Positions 1 to 9,682 of a stretch of 64,000 bases of DNA are shown here, piece by piece. The number at the start of each line of letters is the position of its first letter. The stretch's first letter is position 1. Under the pieces are notes generated by a model. It was not told where the DNA came from and ran no database searches. It worked only from the letters and a program-made list of their open reading frames with translations. Both the position numbers and the translations under genes were made by a program. The DNA is from an archaeon (GTDB lineage: Archaea > EX4484-52 > WAPT01), in the NCBI GenBank assembly GCA_029258795.1, contig JAPDKB010000002.1, forward strand, positions 172,192 through 236,191, written 5' to 3'.

Positions 1-87
1 CCTCCTTATCTTTTTAAATTTTATGCTTCAAATATGCCTTACCACAACTACCGTTAAAAAAACAAAGATTCTGAGGGTGATGTGATT

Positions 88-1362
88 ATGGCAAAAGAAA
101 AACCTCACATAAACCTTGTTACAATTGGGCACGTTGATCAGGGTAAATCCACCCTGATCGGAAGGTTGATGTACGACACAAACAGCATACCTGAAACAGA
201 AATGAGAAAGATTGAGGAGAAGGCGAAGGAGCTCAAAAAGGAGAGCTTCAAGTTCGCTTTCGTGATGGATAGATTGAAGGAAGAGAGAGAGCGTGGATTG
301 ACAATAGACATCATGCACCAGAAGTTCGAGACGGACAAGTATGAGTTCACAATAATCGATGCGCCGGGACACAGGGACTTCGTTAAGAACATGATTACAG
401 GAGCTAGCCAGGCAGATGCAGCGATACTGGTAGTGGGTGTGAAGGAAGGTGTGATGCCTCAAACAAAAGAGCACGTGTATCTGGTTAGAACTCTCGGTAT
501 AAATCAGATGATTGTGACAATAAACAAGATGGACGAGGTTAACTACGATGAGGGAGCTTACAACAAGACAAAGGAGGAAGTGGAGAAGCTGTTGAAGACA
601 GTGGGTTACGACACAAGCAAGATACCGTTCATACCAATTTCAGCATGGTACGGAGACAACGTTGCAAAGAAGAGCGACAAGACACCTTGGTATAATGGCC
701 CGACAGTAATAGAAGCGCTTGATACTCTGCAGCCACCAGAGCAGCCGATAGACAAGCCACTCAGAATACCCATACAGGACGTGTACTCCATAACCGGTGT
801 GGGTACAGTGCCTGTCGGAAGAGTGGAGACAGGTGTGCTGAAGGTTGGAGACAAAGTAGTTTTCATGCCTTCTGGCAAGACGGGAGAAGTTAAGAGTATA
901 GAGATGCACCACGAGCCGATTCAGGAAGCAAGACCTGGAGACAACATCGGTTTCAATGTAAGAGGTGTGGGTAAAGACGAGATAAAGAGAGGAGATGTCG
1001 CTGGTCACCCAGACAACCCACCGACAGTAGCTGAAGAGTTCACAGCACAGATCATAGTGTTGCAGCACCCGAGCGTCATAACAAAGGGCTATACTCCAGT
1101 GTTCCACATAAACACAGCACACGTTGCAGGTCAGATAGTGGAAATATTGAAGAAGATAGATCCAAGAACCGGAGAAGTGGTGGAAGAGAATCCGGACTTC
1201 ATAAAGCCAGGAGATGCGGCAGTGATAAAGGTCAAGCCACTCAAACCTGTGTGTATAGAGAAGCAGAGCGACTTCCCGAAGCTTGCGAAGTTCGCTATCA
1301 GAGACATGGGCATGACAGTGGCAGCAGGTATGTGTATCGACCTCGTGCCAGCGAAGGAGTAA
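88..1362 (+). CDS. tuf: Translation elongation factor EF-1alpha (archaeal)
   Basis: [38 protein letters not shown] and NKMD motifs; RBS GAGGGTGA upstream of ATG at 88. Confidence 0.98.
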   Translation: MAKEKPHINLVTIGHVDQGKSTLIGRLMYDTNSIPETEMRKIEEKAKELKKESFKFAFVMDRLKEERERGLTIDIMHQKFETDKYEFTIIDAPGHRDFVKNMITGASQADAAILVVGVKEGVMPQTKEHVYLVRTLGINQMIVTINKMDEVNYDEGAYNKTKEEVEKLLKTVGYDTSKIPFIPISAWYGDNVAKKSDKTPWYNGPTVIEALDTLQPPEQPIDKPLRIPIQDVYSITGVGTVPVGRVETGVLKVGDKVVFMPSGKTGEVKSIEMHHEPIQEARPGDNIGFNVRGVGKDEIKRGDVAGHPDNPPTVAEEFTAQIIVLQHPSVITKGYTPVFHINTAHVAGQIVEILKKIDPRTGEVVEENPDFIKPGDAAVIKVKPLKPVCIEKQSDFPKLAKFAIRDMGMTVAAGMCIDLVPAKE

Positions 1363-1455
1363 ATTTGGCTGGCATCCTTTCTTTTACCTTTTTAAATTTT
1401 TCATACATGTTTAATATGCGTGTTTCAATTTCATGATTAGCTCAGGTGAGATATC

Positions 1456-1767
1456 ATGCAGATAGCCAGGGTCAAGCTCAGCAGTCCAGACCACCAGAAG
1501 GTGGATGAGGTATCAAGGCAAATAAAAGAGATAGCTGAAAAATTCGGAGCAGCTGTATCTGGACCAATTCCTCTACCCACCAAAAGATTGAGAATTGTGA
1601 CCAGAAAATCTCCTGTCGGGAGAGGAAGCGAAACATATGAAAGATGGGAGATGAGAATCCACAAAAGAGTTCTGGACATAACCGTTAACGATAGGGCCTT
1701 GAGGCACATAATGCGTGTTGAGGTGCCTGATGGCGTGCATGTGGAGATAGAACTCAGGGAGAAGTGA
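1456..1767 (+). CDS. rps10: 30S ribosomal protein uS10
   Basis: SGPIPLPTKRLRIVTRKSP...YERWEMRIHKR; follows tuf as is usual in archaea. Confidence 0.97.
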   Translation: MQIARVKLSSPDHQKVDEVSRQIKEIAEKFGAAVSGPIPLPTKRLRIVTRKSPVGRGSETYERWEMRIHKRVLDITVNDRALRHIMRVEVPDGVHVEIELREK

Positions 1768-1793
1768 TCATTTTTGTTATGAGGGGTGTGGTG

Positions 1794-2534
1794 ATGGAAA
1801 CCTTTACTTTGGTTCTTCTTTCAGCTGGTGTAGTTAGCCTTGTGGCGCTGGTTGGGGCTTTCACCCTTGTGCTGAGAGAAAGTGTGTTGCGCAAGCTGAT
1901 TTTCGCTCTTGTCGGGCTTGCTGCCGGTACGATGCTGGGCGGAGCGATCTTTCACCTTTTTCCAGAAGGTTTTCACGAGCTGGGTTATGATGTCGCTGCA
2001 AAGCTTTTCATAGCGGGTTTCGTGGCCTTCTTTATCTTGGAACGCGTGCTCTACTGGCATCACTGCCACGAGCGGGAGTGTGATGTGCACACCTTTTCCT
2101 ATCTCATCCTGATCGGAGACGCGATCCACAACTTTATCGATGGTGTCATAATCGCTGCAAGCTATCTGACCTCTATGGCAATTGGTTTTGTCTCCACAGT
2201 TGCCATAATAATGCACGAGATCCCGCAGGAGCTTGGAGATTTCGGTGTGCTTGTTTACGGGGGTTTCAGCAAAAGGAAAGCTCTACTCTACAACTTCATC
2301 TCGCAGCTTACAGCTTTAGCTGGAGCGACAACCGCTTACTTTATTTTTACAAAATCACAGGCGGCAATGGGCTTTCACACATACCTTCTTCCGTTTGCAG
2401 CCGGCGGATTCCTCTACATAGCCACAAGCGATTTAATTCCCGAGCTCCACAAGGAAAAGAATCTGAAGAAATCGCTTGTGGCCATGCTGCTTTTCCTTGC
2501 CGGGCTCGGGATGATGATGTTTCATGGGCATTGA
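1794..2534 (+). CDS. ZIP-family Zn/metal transporter
   Basis: Multiple TM helices; HNFIDG and HEIPQELGD ZIP signatures; His-rich loop HHCHERECDVH. Confidence 0.92.
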   Translation: METFTLVLLSAGVVSLVALVGAFTLVLRESVLRKLIFALVGLAAGTMLGGAIFHLFPEGFHELGYDVAAKLFIAGFVAFFILERVLYWHHCHERECDVHTFSYLILIGDAIHNFIDGVIIAASYLTSMAIGFVSTVAIIMHEIPQELGDFGVLVYGGFSKRKALLYNFISQLTALAGATTAYFIFTKSQAAMGFHTYLLPFAAGGFLYIATSDLIPELHKEKNLKKSLVAMLLFLAGLGMMMFHGH

Positions 2535-2537
2535 GAA

Positions 2538-3653
2538 TCAGTTCACTCTATCCATAACAACGATCGTGGCATCAAGATCATCGTAGTTGACCCACAGCTT
2601 TTTCTTTATTACGAATCCTTTCGGCTTTTTCAAAAACTTGAGATTACGTGAGGCGGTTATCATCACCACCCTTTCGCATCGCGAGCTTTCCACATTTCTC
2701 ATGAACTTGGCATAGAGTTTCGGGATGTTGACCTTTCTCATCCTCACACCGTACGGCAGGTCAACGCAGATGATCCTTGAACTCAGCGGTATTTTTGTGG
2801 CATCTCCGAGGTAAAAGCGGATCTTTGCATTGGCTTCCATGCTGTTGATTCTTGCTTTCCTCACCACCTCTCTGTTCCAGTCTGAAGCCGCTATGAATGC
2901 ATTAACCCGCTCCTCCTTCCAGCTTTCCTTAATCTCTTCGAGCTTCTCCTTGCTGAACCACCACAATCTCTCAAACCTGAAGCTTCTGTTTTTGTTCGGA
3001 ACTTTTGCAAGGTAATGATAGGCTTCTATCGGAATCATGCCTGTTCCACACATAGGATCGTGGAAGGTTTCGCTTTCCCCGTTTTTCAGGTTGCTCAACC
3101 TGACCATGCTGTGCGCTATCGTGCTCTTTAGAGAGGTGATGTGCACAAGCTTTCTGTACCATCGTTTATGGAGGGAATCTCCTGTGGTGTCTATTCCGAG
3201 CCAGAATAAGTTGTTGTGCACCCTCGCCATGAATCTGACATCTGGGTCTTTGAGATACACCTTAAGCCTCGTGCCTTTCTCTTTCAGGTAGGAATCTATG
3301 ATGGCCTGTCCAACAACCTTGCTGACATCAATGCTGGTGAAGTCGTGCTTCCCGGATCTTTTGGACACTACACCAAAGGTTTGGTTAGGGAGGACATACA
3401 GAGAGTAATCAACATCAAGGCACTTTTGATAGATGTCATCCAGCGTGCTGAACTCACAGCTCACAACCTCTATCATGATCCGGTGGATGGTTTTGGAAGC
3501 GTAGTTCAGCAGCATCACGTCTTCATCGCCGGCATTTTTTATTTCCAGCAGGCCCTTGTCCAGCTTTGCAGCCTTATATCCCAGCTCTACAAGCTCCTCA
3601 ATGCCGACCTCCTCAAGCCCGGGGTTGCAGGTGAGAAGGAGATCGTGCTTCAT
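2538..3653 (-). CDS. THUMP-domain RNA methyltransferase (Trm14/RlmL-like, tRNA m2G6)
   Basis: N-terminal PGLE motif, THUMP region, DTTGDSLHKRWY, DPMCGTGMIPIEA and DLPYG. Confidence 0.85.
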   Translation of the reverse strand: MKHDLLLTCNPGLEEVGIEELVELGYKAAKLDKGLLEIKNAGDEDVMLLNYASKTIHRIMIEVVSCEFSTLDDIYQKCLDVDYSLYVLPNQTFGVVSKRSGKHDFTSIDVSKVVGQAIIDSYLKEKGTRLKVYLKDPDVRFMARVHNNLFWLGIDTTGDSLHKRWYRKLVHITSLKSTIAHSMVRLSNLKNGESETFHDPMCGTGMIPIEAYHYLAKVPNKNRSFRFERLWWFSKEKLEEIKESWKEERVNAFIAASDWNREVVRKARINSMEANAKIRFYLGDATKIPLSSRIICVDLPYGVRMRKVNIPKLYAKFMRNVESSRCERVVMITASRNLKFLKKPKGFVIKKKLWVNYDDLDATIVVMDRVN

Positions 3654-3676
3654 GCTTTAGAATTGCATGCGAATTT

Positions 3677-3898
3677 TTAAATCTCGCGCTTCTTCGCCCT
3701 AACTTTATTTGCAATGAAGGTGCCGATGAACGCGCCTATGAAAGCACCAAGAGCCCCGTAGCATGCAAAAGTTATGCTGACCGAACCTTTGGTGAGATAA
3801 CTGATCATGCACATCCCGGTAAACACACCTATTCCGTACACGAAACCCATCTTAATTGGTGACTGCCTGAAACCGCACTCCGACATCTTCCTCATCAC
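3677..3898 (-). CDS. Small two-TM membrane protein
   Basis: Two Gly-rich hydrophobic segments and a basic tail; packed operon-like with its neighbours. Confidence 0.55.
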   Translation of the reverse strand: MMRKMSECGFRQSPIKMGFVYGIGVFTGMCMISYLTKGSVSITFACYGALGAFIGAFIGTFIANKVRAKKREI

Positions 3899-3905
3899 AC
3901 CACAA

Positions 3906-4325
3906 TCACTCAGCTACGGGAACTCTGACTTCCCTCTGGTAGCACACCACCGCCTTTTGCTTTCCATCCGCTCTGACGAGAAAGACCGTGGTGTTAGCAA
4001 AGCTCCCGTTCAGGTAGCACACCACATCATTCCCTTTCAGCACGTTTTCGAAGCTGCAGATCACCTTTCCGGATGCTTCGGTCTTCACGTTGCTGAGGTT
4101 TGAGTTAGCACTTACGATTACAGCATTTCCCTCACATCTCGCCCAGAACGGCTCGGGCTTGTAGCCGTAATTTTCATGACCTGTCACGCGCTTCATCTCT
4201 ACATAAAAGCCAATAGCAGCAACCCCAATCAGAAAGACGCCGACGGCAAGCAAGAAAGCGCTGAACTTGGTGAGGTCGAGCTTTTTGCTCTGTGAAGCTC
4301 CCTTCGTTTGGTTTTTGGAGGGCAT
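3906..4325 (-). CDS. Membrane-anchored hypothetical exported protein
   Basis: N-terminal TM helix followed by a small beta-rich domain with 4 Cys; RBS-like GGTG upstream. Confidence 0.6.
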   Translation of the reverse strand: MPSKNQTKGASQSKKLDLTKFSAFLLAVGVFLIGVAAIGFYVEMKRVTGHENYGYKPEPFWARCEGNAVIVSANSNLSNVKTEASGKVICSFENVLKGNDVVCYLNGSFANTTVFLVRADGKQKAVVCYQREVRVPVAE

Positions 4326-4382
4326 TTAATACACCATTCTTCAATAGCTAATACCTCGGGATAGGGACTCAAACATTTATTT

Positions 4383-4582
4383 TGGTGCCGAGGGGGGGAT
4401 TTCCTGCCACCAGAGCAGGAAGCGCGACGAAGCTTTGCTTCGGCGGCGTTCGAACCCCCGACCTCCAGATTTCTCAGCGCCGTAACACAAAATCATCGCT
4501 TGCTCATTACTCGGCAAACTCATCACTCATAAGCCAACACGGCTTATGAGTCTGGCGCTCTAACCAGCTGAGCTACCTCGGC
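4383..4582 (-). tRNA. tRNA-Met (CAT, elongator type) with two introns: 37/38 (4544-4471, 74 nt) and 59/60 (4448-4400, 49 nt); CCA encoded
   Basis: Acceptor GCCGAGG/CCTCGGC-A-CCA; D-arm TAGCTCAGCTGGTTAGAGC; anticodon stem CCAGA/TCTGG with loop CTCATAA; T-stem GGGGG/CCCCC. BHB CTCA/TGAG with TAA/AAA bulges, and a relaxed BHB TTCG/AGGA with AAC/AAT bulges. Confidence 0.93.
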
Positions 4583-4627
4583 ACCGAACAAAAGCGTGGC
4601 TCCGTAACAGAATTTTTATCCGGCAAA

Positions 4628-4640
4628 ATTTTATAAAAAT
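4628..4640 (-). promoter_or_regulatory. Putative TATA box for tRNA-Met
   Basis: TTTTTATAAAA on the minus strand about 50 nt upstream of the mature 5' end. Confidence 0.45.
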
Positions 4641-4667
4641 TCACACGGCAGCTTCACAAAAACCTTC

Positions 4668-5861
4668 TTAGCGTCTTTCAAATTTTCTGGTGGCGGCTAC
4701 AAGCAGAACAGCTGCAACCAAGCTCATCACAGCTCCATACGCAAATGTTGCTCCAGCGGATACGGAGCTCCACAACACCCCAGCCACCATGCTCGCAGGA
4801 AGAGATGCAAGTCCAACAGTCGTGTGAAATGCTCCAAGAGCTGTGGCTTTAAGTTCAGGCGGAGCTATATCAGCTATCAGGGCACGCTGATTTCCGTCAA
4901 CTATGGCATAAACCACCCCGTAGAGCAGGAAAAGAAGAATGAATGCTGGAATGCTGGAGAGGGCATAAAAACCCAAACATACAGCTGAGAACAGCAGGTA
5001 GCCAAGGGAGATGACTTCACCCCTTCCGATCCTGTCGGAGAGAACTCCAAAGGGCACAGCAAAAAAGGTGTAGGAAACGTTGAAAATAATGTAAAACACC
5101 ACAGCCGTTATGGTGGCGTTCACAACACTAACGCTGTTCATGACCTTCATTATGAAGAACATGTAGCTGAAGTTCGCAAGGGCAAAAACTGTCATCGCAA
5201 CTACAACCCACCTAAGCTCGGGAGGCAGGCTTCTTAAAGCAAGTCCCAATTTTTCCACACCTTTTCCGCTTTTCACCCTTTCCTCTCTCACGAGCAGAAG
5301 GGGTATAAGCGATGCAAAGCTGAGCAAACCTGCCACGATCAGCACACTCCTAATTTCAAAGCTCATCCTCCACAATAAAAAGAGCGCTACGATCGAGCCA
5401 ACAACCGCCCCCAAGCTGTCCATGGCTCTATGAATTCCGAAACCCTCTCCTTTCCTCTTCGGCATCGATTCAGCTATTATCGCATCACGGGGAGCTGTCC
5501 TTATTCCCTTTCCAACACGCTCAGCGGAGCTGAAAAAAGCAACATGAACCCAGCTTTTGGAGAAGGGCAGGAGGAGCTTGAACACAGCCGAGATGAGATA
5601 GCCAGCGAACACTATCGGCTTCCTTCTGTTCCATCTGTCCGCAAGATATCCAGAGAATACCTTCAGCAAGCTGGAGATGCTGTCCCTCAACCCGCCAACC
5701 ACACCGAGAGCTACGCTCCCTCCACCAAGCGAGTTTATGAAAGCGGGGAGGAGTGGTGCTATCATATCGCTGCTCACATCGTTGAGAAAGCTGGTCATAC
5801 CCAGTGCATAGATGTTCCTCTTTTCCATTTGGCTGGCTGTTTTCCCGTCTTTCTTGCTCAT
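4668..5861 (-). CDS. MFS transporter
   Basis: About 12 TM helices; motif-A-like GYLADRWNRRK and GVLSDRIGR; RTAPRDAIIA. Confidence 0.92.
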   Translation of the reverse strand: MSKKDGKTASQMEKRNIYALGMTSFLNDVSSDMIAPLLPAFINSLGGGSVALGVVGGLRDSISSLLKVFSGYLADRWNRRKPIVFAGYLISAVFKLLLPFSKSWVHVAFFSSAERVGKGIRTAPRDAIIAESMPKRKGEGFGIHRAMDSLGAVVGSIVALFLLWRMSFEIRSVLIVAGLLSFASLIPLLLVREERVKSGKGVEKLGLALRSLPPELRWVVVAMTVFALANFSYMFFIMKVMNSVSVVNATITAVVFYIIFNVSYTFFAVPFGVLSDRIGRGEVISLGYLLFSAVCLGFYALSSIPAFILLFLLYGVVYAIVDGNQRALIADIAPPELKATALGAFHTTVGLASLPASMVAGVLWSSVSAGATFAYGAVMSLVAAVLLVAATRKFERR

Positions 5862-5866
5862 AGTTC

Positions 5867-6784
5867 TCACTCCCCGAACACCGTTTCAAGAGGGGGCACA
5901 ACCTGCTTCTTTCTCGACATCACTCCTTCAAGCCAAGCTTGGCCATTTTCAAACTTCACGTTAAAAGCTTTCTCAAATGGCTCGACATCATCCGCCACGA
6001 GCAGTGCTGTTGAGCCCTCCTTCATGATGTCCGTAACGAGCACAAGCACTGCAAAGAAACCCTCTTCCTCCTTCACTTTCTTCATCTCCTCCATGATCTC
6101 ATCCTTTCTGGAAAGCACTTCCTCGCCATCAACCACTTCCAGCTGGTCTATCAACACCCTTTTACCGGCGAATTCGTACACCTTGTAGTCATTATATATC
6201 AGATCACGAGCGCTTTTCTCACTCAGAGCAGATTTCGCCTTGAACATCTCTATACCCCACGCTTCCATGTTTTCCACGCCTGCGATCTCCGCAAGCTTCC
6301 TTGCCATCTCTTTATCCTCACTGGTGGTTGTGGGCGACTTGAAGATAACAGTGTCTGAAAGGATCGCGGAAAGCAGGATTCCTGCTATGTTTTCGGGCAT
6401 TTTAACTCCTTTCTGGAAGAATTTGTTTGCAATGATCGTGGCTGTGCTGCCCGCAGGAACTGTCAGGAAGTAGATGGGTCTGTCCCAGCCGAACTTGATC
6501 TTGTGGTGATCCACCACCTCCACTATGTTCGCCTGCTCTATATCATCGGCACTCTGATCAAACTCGTTGTGATCAACAAGCACAACATCTTTGTCAGCTG
6601 CGCTTTCAAGCAAAGGTGGAGCATCCATCTCAAATTTCTCGAGCACAAGCTTCGTTTCGTTATTTATCTCGCCAAGCCGGAAAGCTTTTGCCTCTTCCCC
6701 TATCACATTCTTGAGGTACGCGTACGCTATGGCCGAGCAGATGGAGTCCGTGTCCGGGCTTTTATGGCCGAAGACATGCAGCAT
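5867..6784 (-). CDS. ppaC: Mn-dependent inorganic pyrophosphatase (family II, DHH/DHHA2)
   Basis: GHKSPDTDS, LVDHNE, VVDHH, SDT and SRKKQVVP motifs; RBS GGAGGTGA before ATG 6784. Confidence 0.95.
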   Translation of the reverse strand: MLHVFGHKSPDTDSICSAIAYAYLKNVIGEEAKAFRLGEINNETKLVLEKFEMDAPPLLESAADKDVVLVDHNEFDQSADDIEQANIVEVVDHHKIKFGWDRPIYFLTVPAGSTATIIANKFFQKGVKMPENIAGILLSAILSDTVIFKSPTTTSEDKEMARKLAEIAGVENMEAWGIEMFKAKSALSEKSARDLIYNDYKVYEFAGKRVLIDQLEVVDGEEVLSRKDEIMEEMKKVKEEEGFFAVLVLVTDIMKEGSTALLVADDVEPFEKAFNVKFENGQAWLEGVMSRKKQVVPPLETVFGE

Positions 6785-6887
6785 AATATCATCACCTCCT
6801 TTCACATACGGGACTTAAAATTAAGCGTGCCTAAACTTTAAAACCGTAATCTTTATTTAGATCAAAGACCATTCTATTATCTCGGTG

Positions 6888-7490
6888 ATGGAAATGGCGG
6901 AGGAGGAAAGGGCAGAGACGGAAGACCTGATTAACTTTCTTGCTCGGGATATAGGGCAGAAGATAATGCAGTTATATGGAGGCAAACCGGAAAAGATAAG
7001 GAAGAAGCTTGGAGATCATGTTCATATTCTCGAGCTTCAGAATCGCCTCACATCTATAGTGCTCTTTACCATGGGTATGAAAGCTGCTGTCATGGGAGCA
7101 GGTCAAACCGTTGGGAGTGCAATGGCATCTTACATGACGCTATGCTGTGATGTTACGTCCAAAATGAAAAAGTTCCAGCAGGCAAAAACCCTGAAAGAAG
7201 CTAAGAACTCCGAGCTCATGAAAATGCTCAAGGAGCTCTTTGAGAAGACAGGATTGGGCATTCTGGATATGGAAGAATTCGAGAAAGATGAAAGGATTGT
7301 GCTCAGCATAGAGGAGTGTGTGGAAAGCGCAGGCCTTCCTAATGTCGGAAAGAAGGTCTGCTATTACATGTCCGGATATCTGGAGGGATTGTTCAGCGTC
7401 TTTCTCGGAAAGGAGGTGAAGTGCCGCGAGCTTAAATGTGTGGCGAAGGGCGATAAGAAATGCGTATTTGAAATCGAGATCCTGGAGTGA
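6888..7490 (+). CDS. V4R domain-containing protein
   Basis: GLG...ECVESAG...CYYMSGYLEG...ELKCVAKGDKKCVF is the V4R pattern. Confidence 0.85.
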   Translation: MEMAEEERAETEDLINFLARDIGQKIMQLYGGKPEKIRKKLGDHVHILELQNRLTSIVLFTMGMKAAVMGAGQTVGSAMASYMTLCCDVTSKMKKFQQAKTLKEAKNSELMKMLKELFEKTGLGILDMEEFEKDERIVLSIEECVESAGLPNVGKKVCYYMSGYLEGLFSVFLGKEVKCRELKCVAKGDKKCVFEIEILE

Positions 7491-7550
7491 GGAGGGTTTC
7501 TTGAGATATAGGGATATCTTTATATAGTTTTTAACCCCCCATTTTAAAAC

Positions 7551-7769
7551 ATGGCGACGGTAATAGATGTGACGGGCAAAGTCTGTCCATATCCGGTCGT
7601 GGTGGCTCTTGACAAGCTCAGAGAGATCAGCAAAAAGGGCGGAACGCTCGAGATCATAACGGACGAGCCCTTGGCAACCAGAAGCGTACCTGACGAGGCA
7701 AAAAGGCTTGGATTCAGAGCAACTGTAGAAAGAGTGGACAAGGGATGGAAGATAGTGATAAAAAAGTGA
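7551..7769 (+). CDS. TusA/SirA/YeeD-family sulfur carrier
   Basis: IDVTGKVCPYP (CPxP motif), 72 aa. Confidence 0.9.
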   Translation: MATVIDVTGKVCPYPVVVALDKLREISKKGGTLEIITDEPLATRSVPDEAKRLGFRATVERVDKGWKIVIKK

Positions 7770-7780
7770 GGTGAGGATTG

Positions 7781-8203
7781 ATGGGGCTTAAGGAGTTCTC
7801 ATCCAAGGTCTGGGTTGGAGCAGTGCTCTTTTCGATCGTCAACGTCTTCATGTACTACAGCATCGGCAAGTTCTGGATCGGAGGGAGCAGCTTCCTGCCA
7901 CTGATCGGCAGTCAGGTACAGAAGTTCCTGTTTCCACTGGTGGTCAATGCAGGAGTGGTGGTTGGGACATTTCTGGCAGCGTTGCTCACGAGGGAGTTCA
8001 TAATAAGGAAGCCAACCTCTGACATAGTGAAGAGATCAATACTCGGTGGCTTCCTTATGGGTATAGGAGTTACATTAGCTCCAGGAACATGCTCCACACC
8101 GTTCGTCACAGGAATGCCAATGCTGGGAGTGAACTCCTTCCTGTCAGTGATCGGTATAGTGATTGGAGCATATATAGGATACAGATGGGTGGGTAGAAAA
8201 TGA
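7781..8203 (+). CDS. YeeE/YedE sulfur (thiosulfate) transporter, C-terminal-half-like subunit
   Basis: GTFLAA..EF and GGFLMGIGVTLAPGTC motifs; TM helices; adjacent to the TusA-like gene. Confidence 0.8.
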   Translation: MGLKEFSSKVWVGAVLFSIVNVFMYYSIGKFWIGGSSFLPLIGSQVQKFLFPLVVNAGVVVGTFLAALLTREFIIRKPTSDIVKRSILGGFLMGIGVTLAPGTCSTPFVTGMPMLGVNSFLSVIGIVIGAYIGYRWVGRK

Positions 8204-8724
8204 CGCTGGCACAACCAACTTTGCTATTGGGATTCCTGTTCGGCGTGGTCTTTGGTTTCATAGTGCAGAGAATGAGCTTCTGCGTTTCCACTGACCTGGC
8301 TCAGGCGTTTGCAGGAAACCCCAGGAGAATTCTGACGTGGCTCACGATAATTTTCATAATCACAGGAGCGGGATTCGTTTACCTCGGACCAAAAGCGGTT
8401 GGTCAGCTCAGGGGTTACGGAATCTACAACATAATTTCTGGGATTTTCTTTGGCGTGGGCATCGTACTCAGCGGTGGCTGCGTGCTTGGAACCCTCAGAA
8501 GGATGGGAGAGGGCTTTCTGCACTCATGGGTGGTCTTCGTTTCATGGCTTCCGGGAATGGCACTGGTGGTTTACGTCCTTAACCCGATATTGCAGGGTAC
8601 GTACCACATACCAGAAAAGATGCCGCTGCTTTCGGACGTGCTTCACATCAGCAACTGGGCAGCTTATGCGCTGGTAGCAGTTGTGCTGCTTGTGATGACC
8701 TGCTGGGCCTACAGAAAGAAGTAA
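8200..8724 (+). CDS. YeeE/YedE sulfur transporter, N-terminal-half-like subunit
   Basis: GVVFGFIVQRMSFC and GIFFGVGIVLSGGC..G.L.RMGEG motifs; ATGA overlap with the previous gene. Confidence 0.85.
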   Translation: MTLAQPTLLLGFLFGVVFGFIVQRMSFCVSTDLAQAFAGNPRRILTWLTIIFIITGAGFVYLGPKAVGQLRGYGIYNIISGIFFGVGIVLSGGCVLGTLRRMGEGFLHSWVVFVSWLPGMALVVYVLNPILQGTYHIPEKMPLLSDVLHISNWAAYALVAVVLLVMTCWAYRKK

Positions 8725-8761
8725 CAGCATTGCAGAAAAACAGTCGATTGGCACTTTTCTC

Positions 8762-9682
8762 TCATTTTATTTTTATTTCCATGAAATCCTCCGCAATTTT
8801 TGTGTTCGGAAATATCTCCTGCGCCTCCTTCAGCAGCTTCTCCACCGTGTACTTTCTGTTGTTGTTATCCTGCTGGTACCTCCGGCTTATGTGGGTCAGC
8901 ACAAGCATTTTCACATTCGCCTCTTTCGCAAGCATTGCCGCCTGCCTTGCTGTCATGTGGTAATACGTATGAGCTCTGTTCTCAAATTCGGAGCAGAAAG
9001 TACCATCGCATATCAGCACATCAGCATCCTTTACAGCTTTGACAAGCGATTTTCTGTAGCCAGTATCGCCGGTGTAAGCTATTTTTTTACCCTTCACAAC
9101 CTCCACAACATCTTCCGGCTTTATTCTCCTGCCTTTGAACAGTATCTCCTCTCCCTTTTTCAACTTGCCTATCAGCGGACCCGAAGTTAAGCCAAACTTT
9201 TTCGCTTTTTCCATGTTCGCTTTGATTTTATCCTTTTCCTGAAACACAAAGCCAAGGGAAGGAATGCCGTGGTAGGTTTTGAACGCCTCGATGTAATACC
9301 TGTCAAACTCCACTCTATCCCCTGGCTTGAGGTCTTCAGCTATAACCGCAAAACCCCTCTCAAAATAACCTATGCTCAGCAGCTTTTCAACGAACCCGAC
9401 AGTACCTTCCGGGCCGTAAATATAGAGCGGCTTCTTTCTTCCCTCCATGCTCATGGTCTGTATCAATCCGGGCAGCCCAGCGAAGTGATCAGCATGCCAG
9501 TGCGTGATGAACACGGCTTTTATCCTCATGAACTTGAGGTTCTTTATCATGAGCTGTCTTTGCGTGCCTTCTCCGCAATCAAACAGAAAGCGGTCTTCGT
9601 TGTACTTTATCAGGATGGCAGGTAAACCACGCTCTCTTGTTGGTATGCCGGCGCTCGTCCCAAGAAAATGGATGGTCATCAC
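8762..9682 (-). CDS. rnz: Ribonuclease Z
   Basis: FLGTSAGIPT.ER, DCGEGTQRQ, THWHADH, GP flexible arm, YTGDT, LTHISRRY. Confidence 0.96.
   Translation of the reverse strand: MMTIHFLGTSAGIPTRERGLPAILIKYNEDRFLFDCGEGTQRQLMIKNLKFMRIKAVFITHWHADHFAGLPGLIQTMSMEGRKKPLYIYGPEGTVGFVEKLLSIGYFERGFAVIAEDLKPGDRVEFDRYYIEAFKTYHGIPSLGFVFQEKDKIKANMEKAKKFGLTSGPLIGKLKKGEEILFKGRRIKPEDVVEVVKGKKIAYTGDTGYRKSLVKAVKDADVLICDGTFCSEFENRAHTYYHMTARQAAMLAKEANVKMLVLTHISRRYQQDNNNRKYTVEKLLKEAQEIFPNTKIAEDFMEIKIK

Noticed and set aside
127-153. EF-1alpha P-loop reads GHVDQGKST rather than the common GHVDHGKST
   Set aside because: This position varies among translational GTPases and all other motifs are canonical
4383-4582. Reading the CAT tRNA as initiator Met or Ile2
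   Set aside because: It has a G1-C72 pair and lacks the three consecutive G-C anticodon-stem pairs of initiators; the GCCGAGG acceptor and 37/38 intron fit elongator Met better, though Ile2 is not formally excluded
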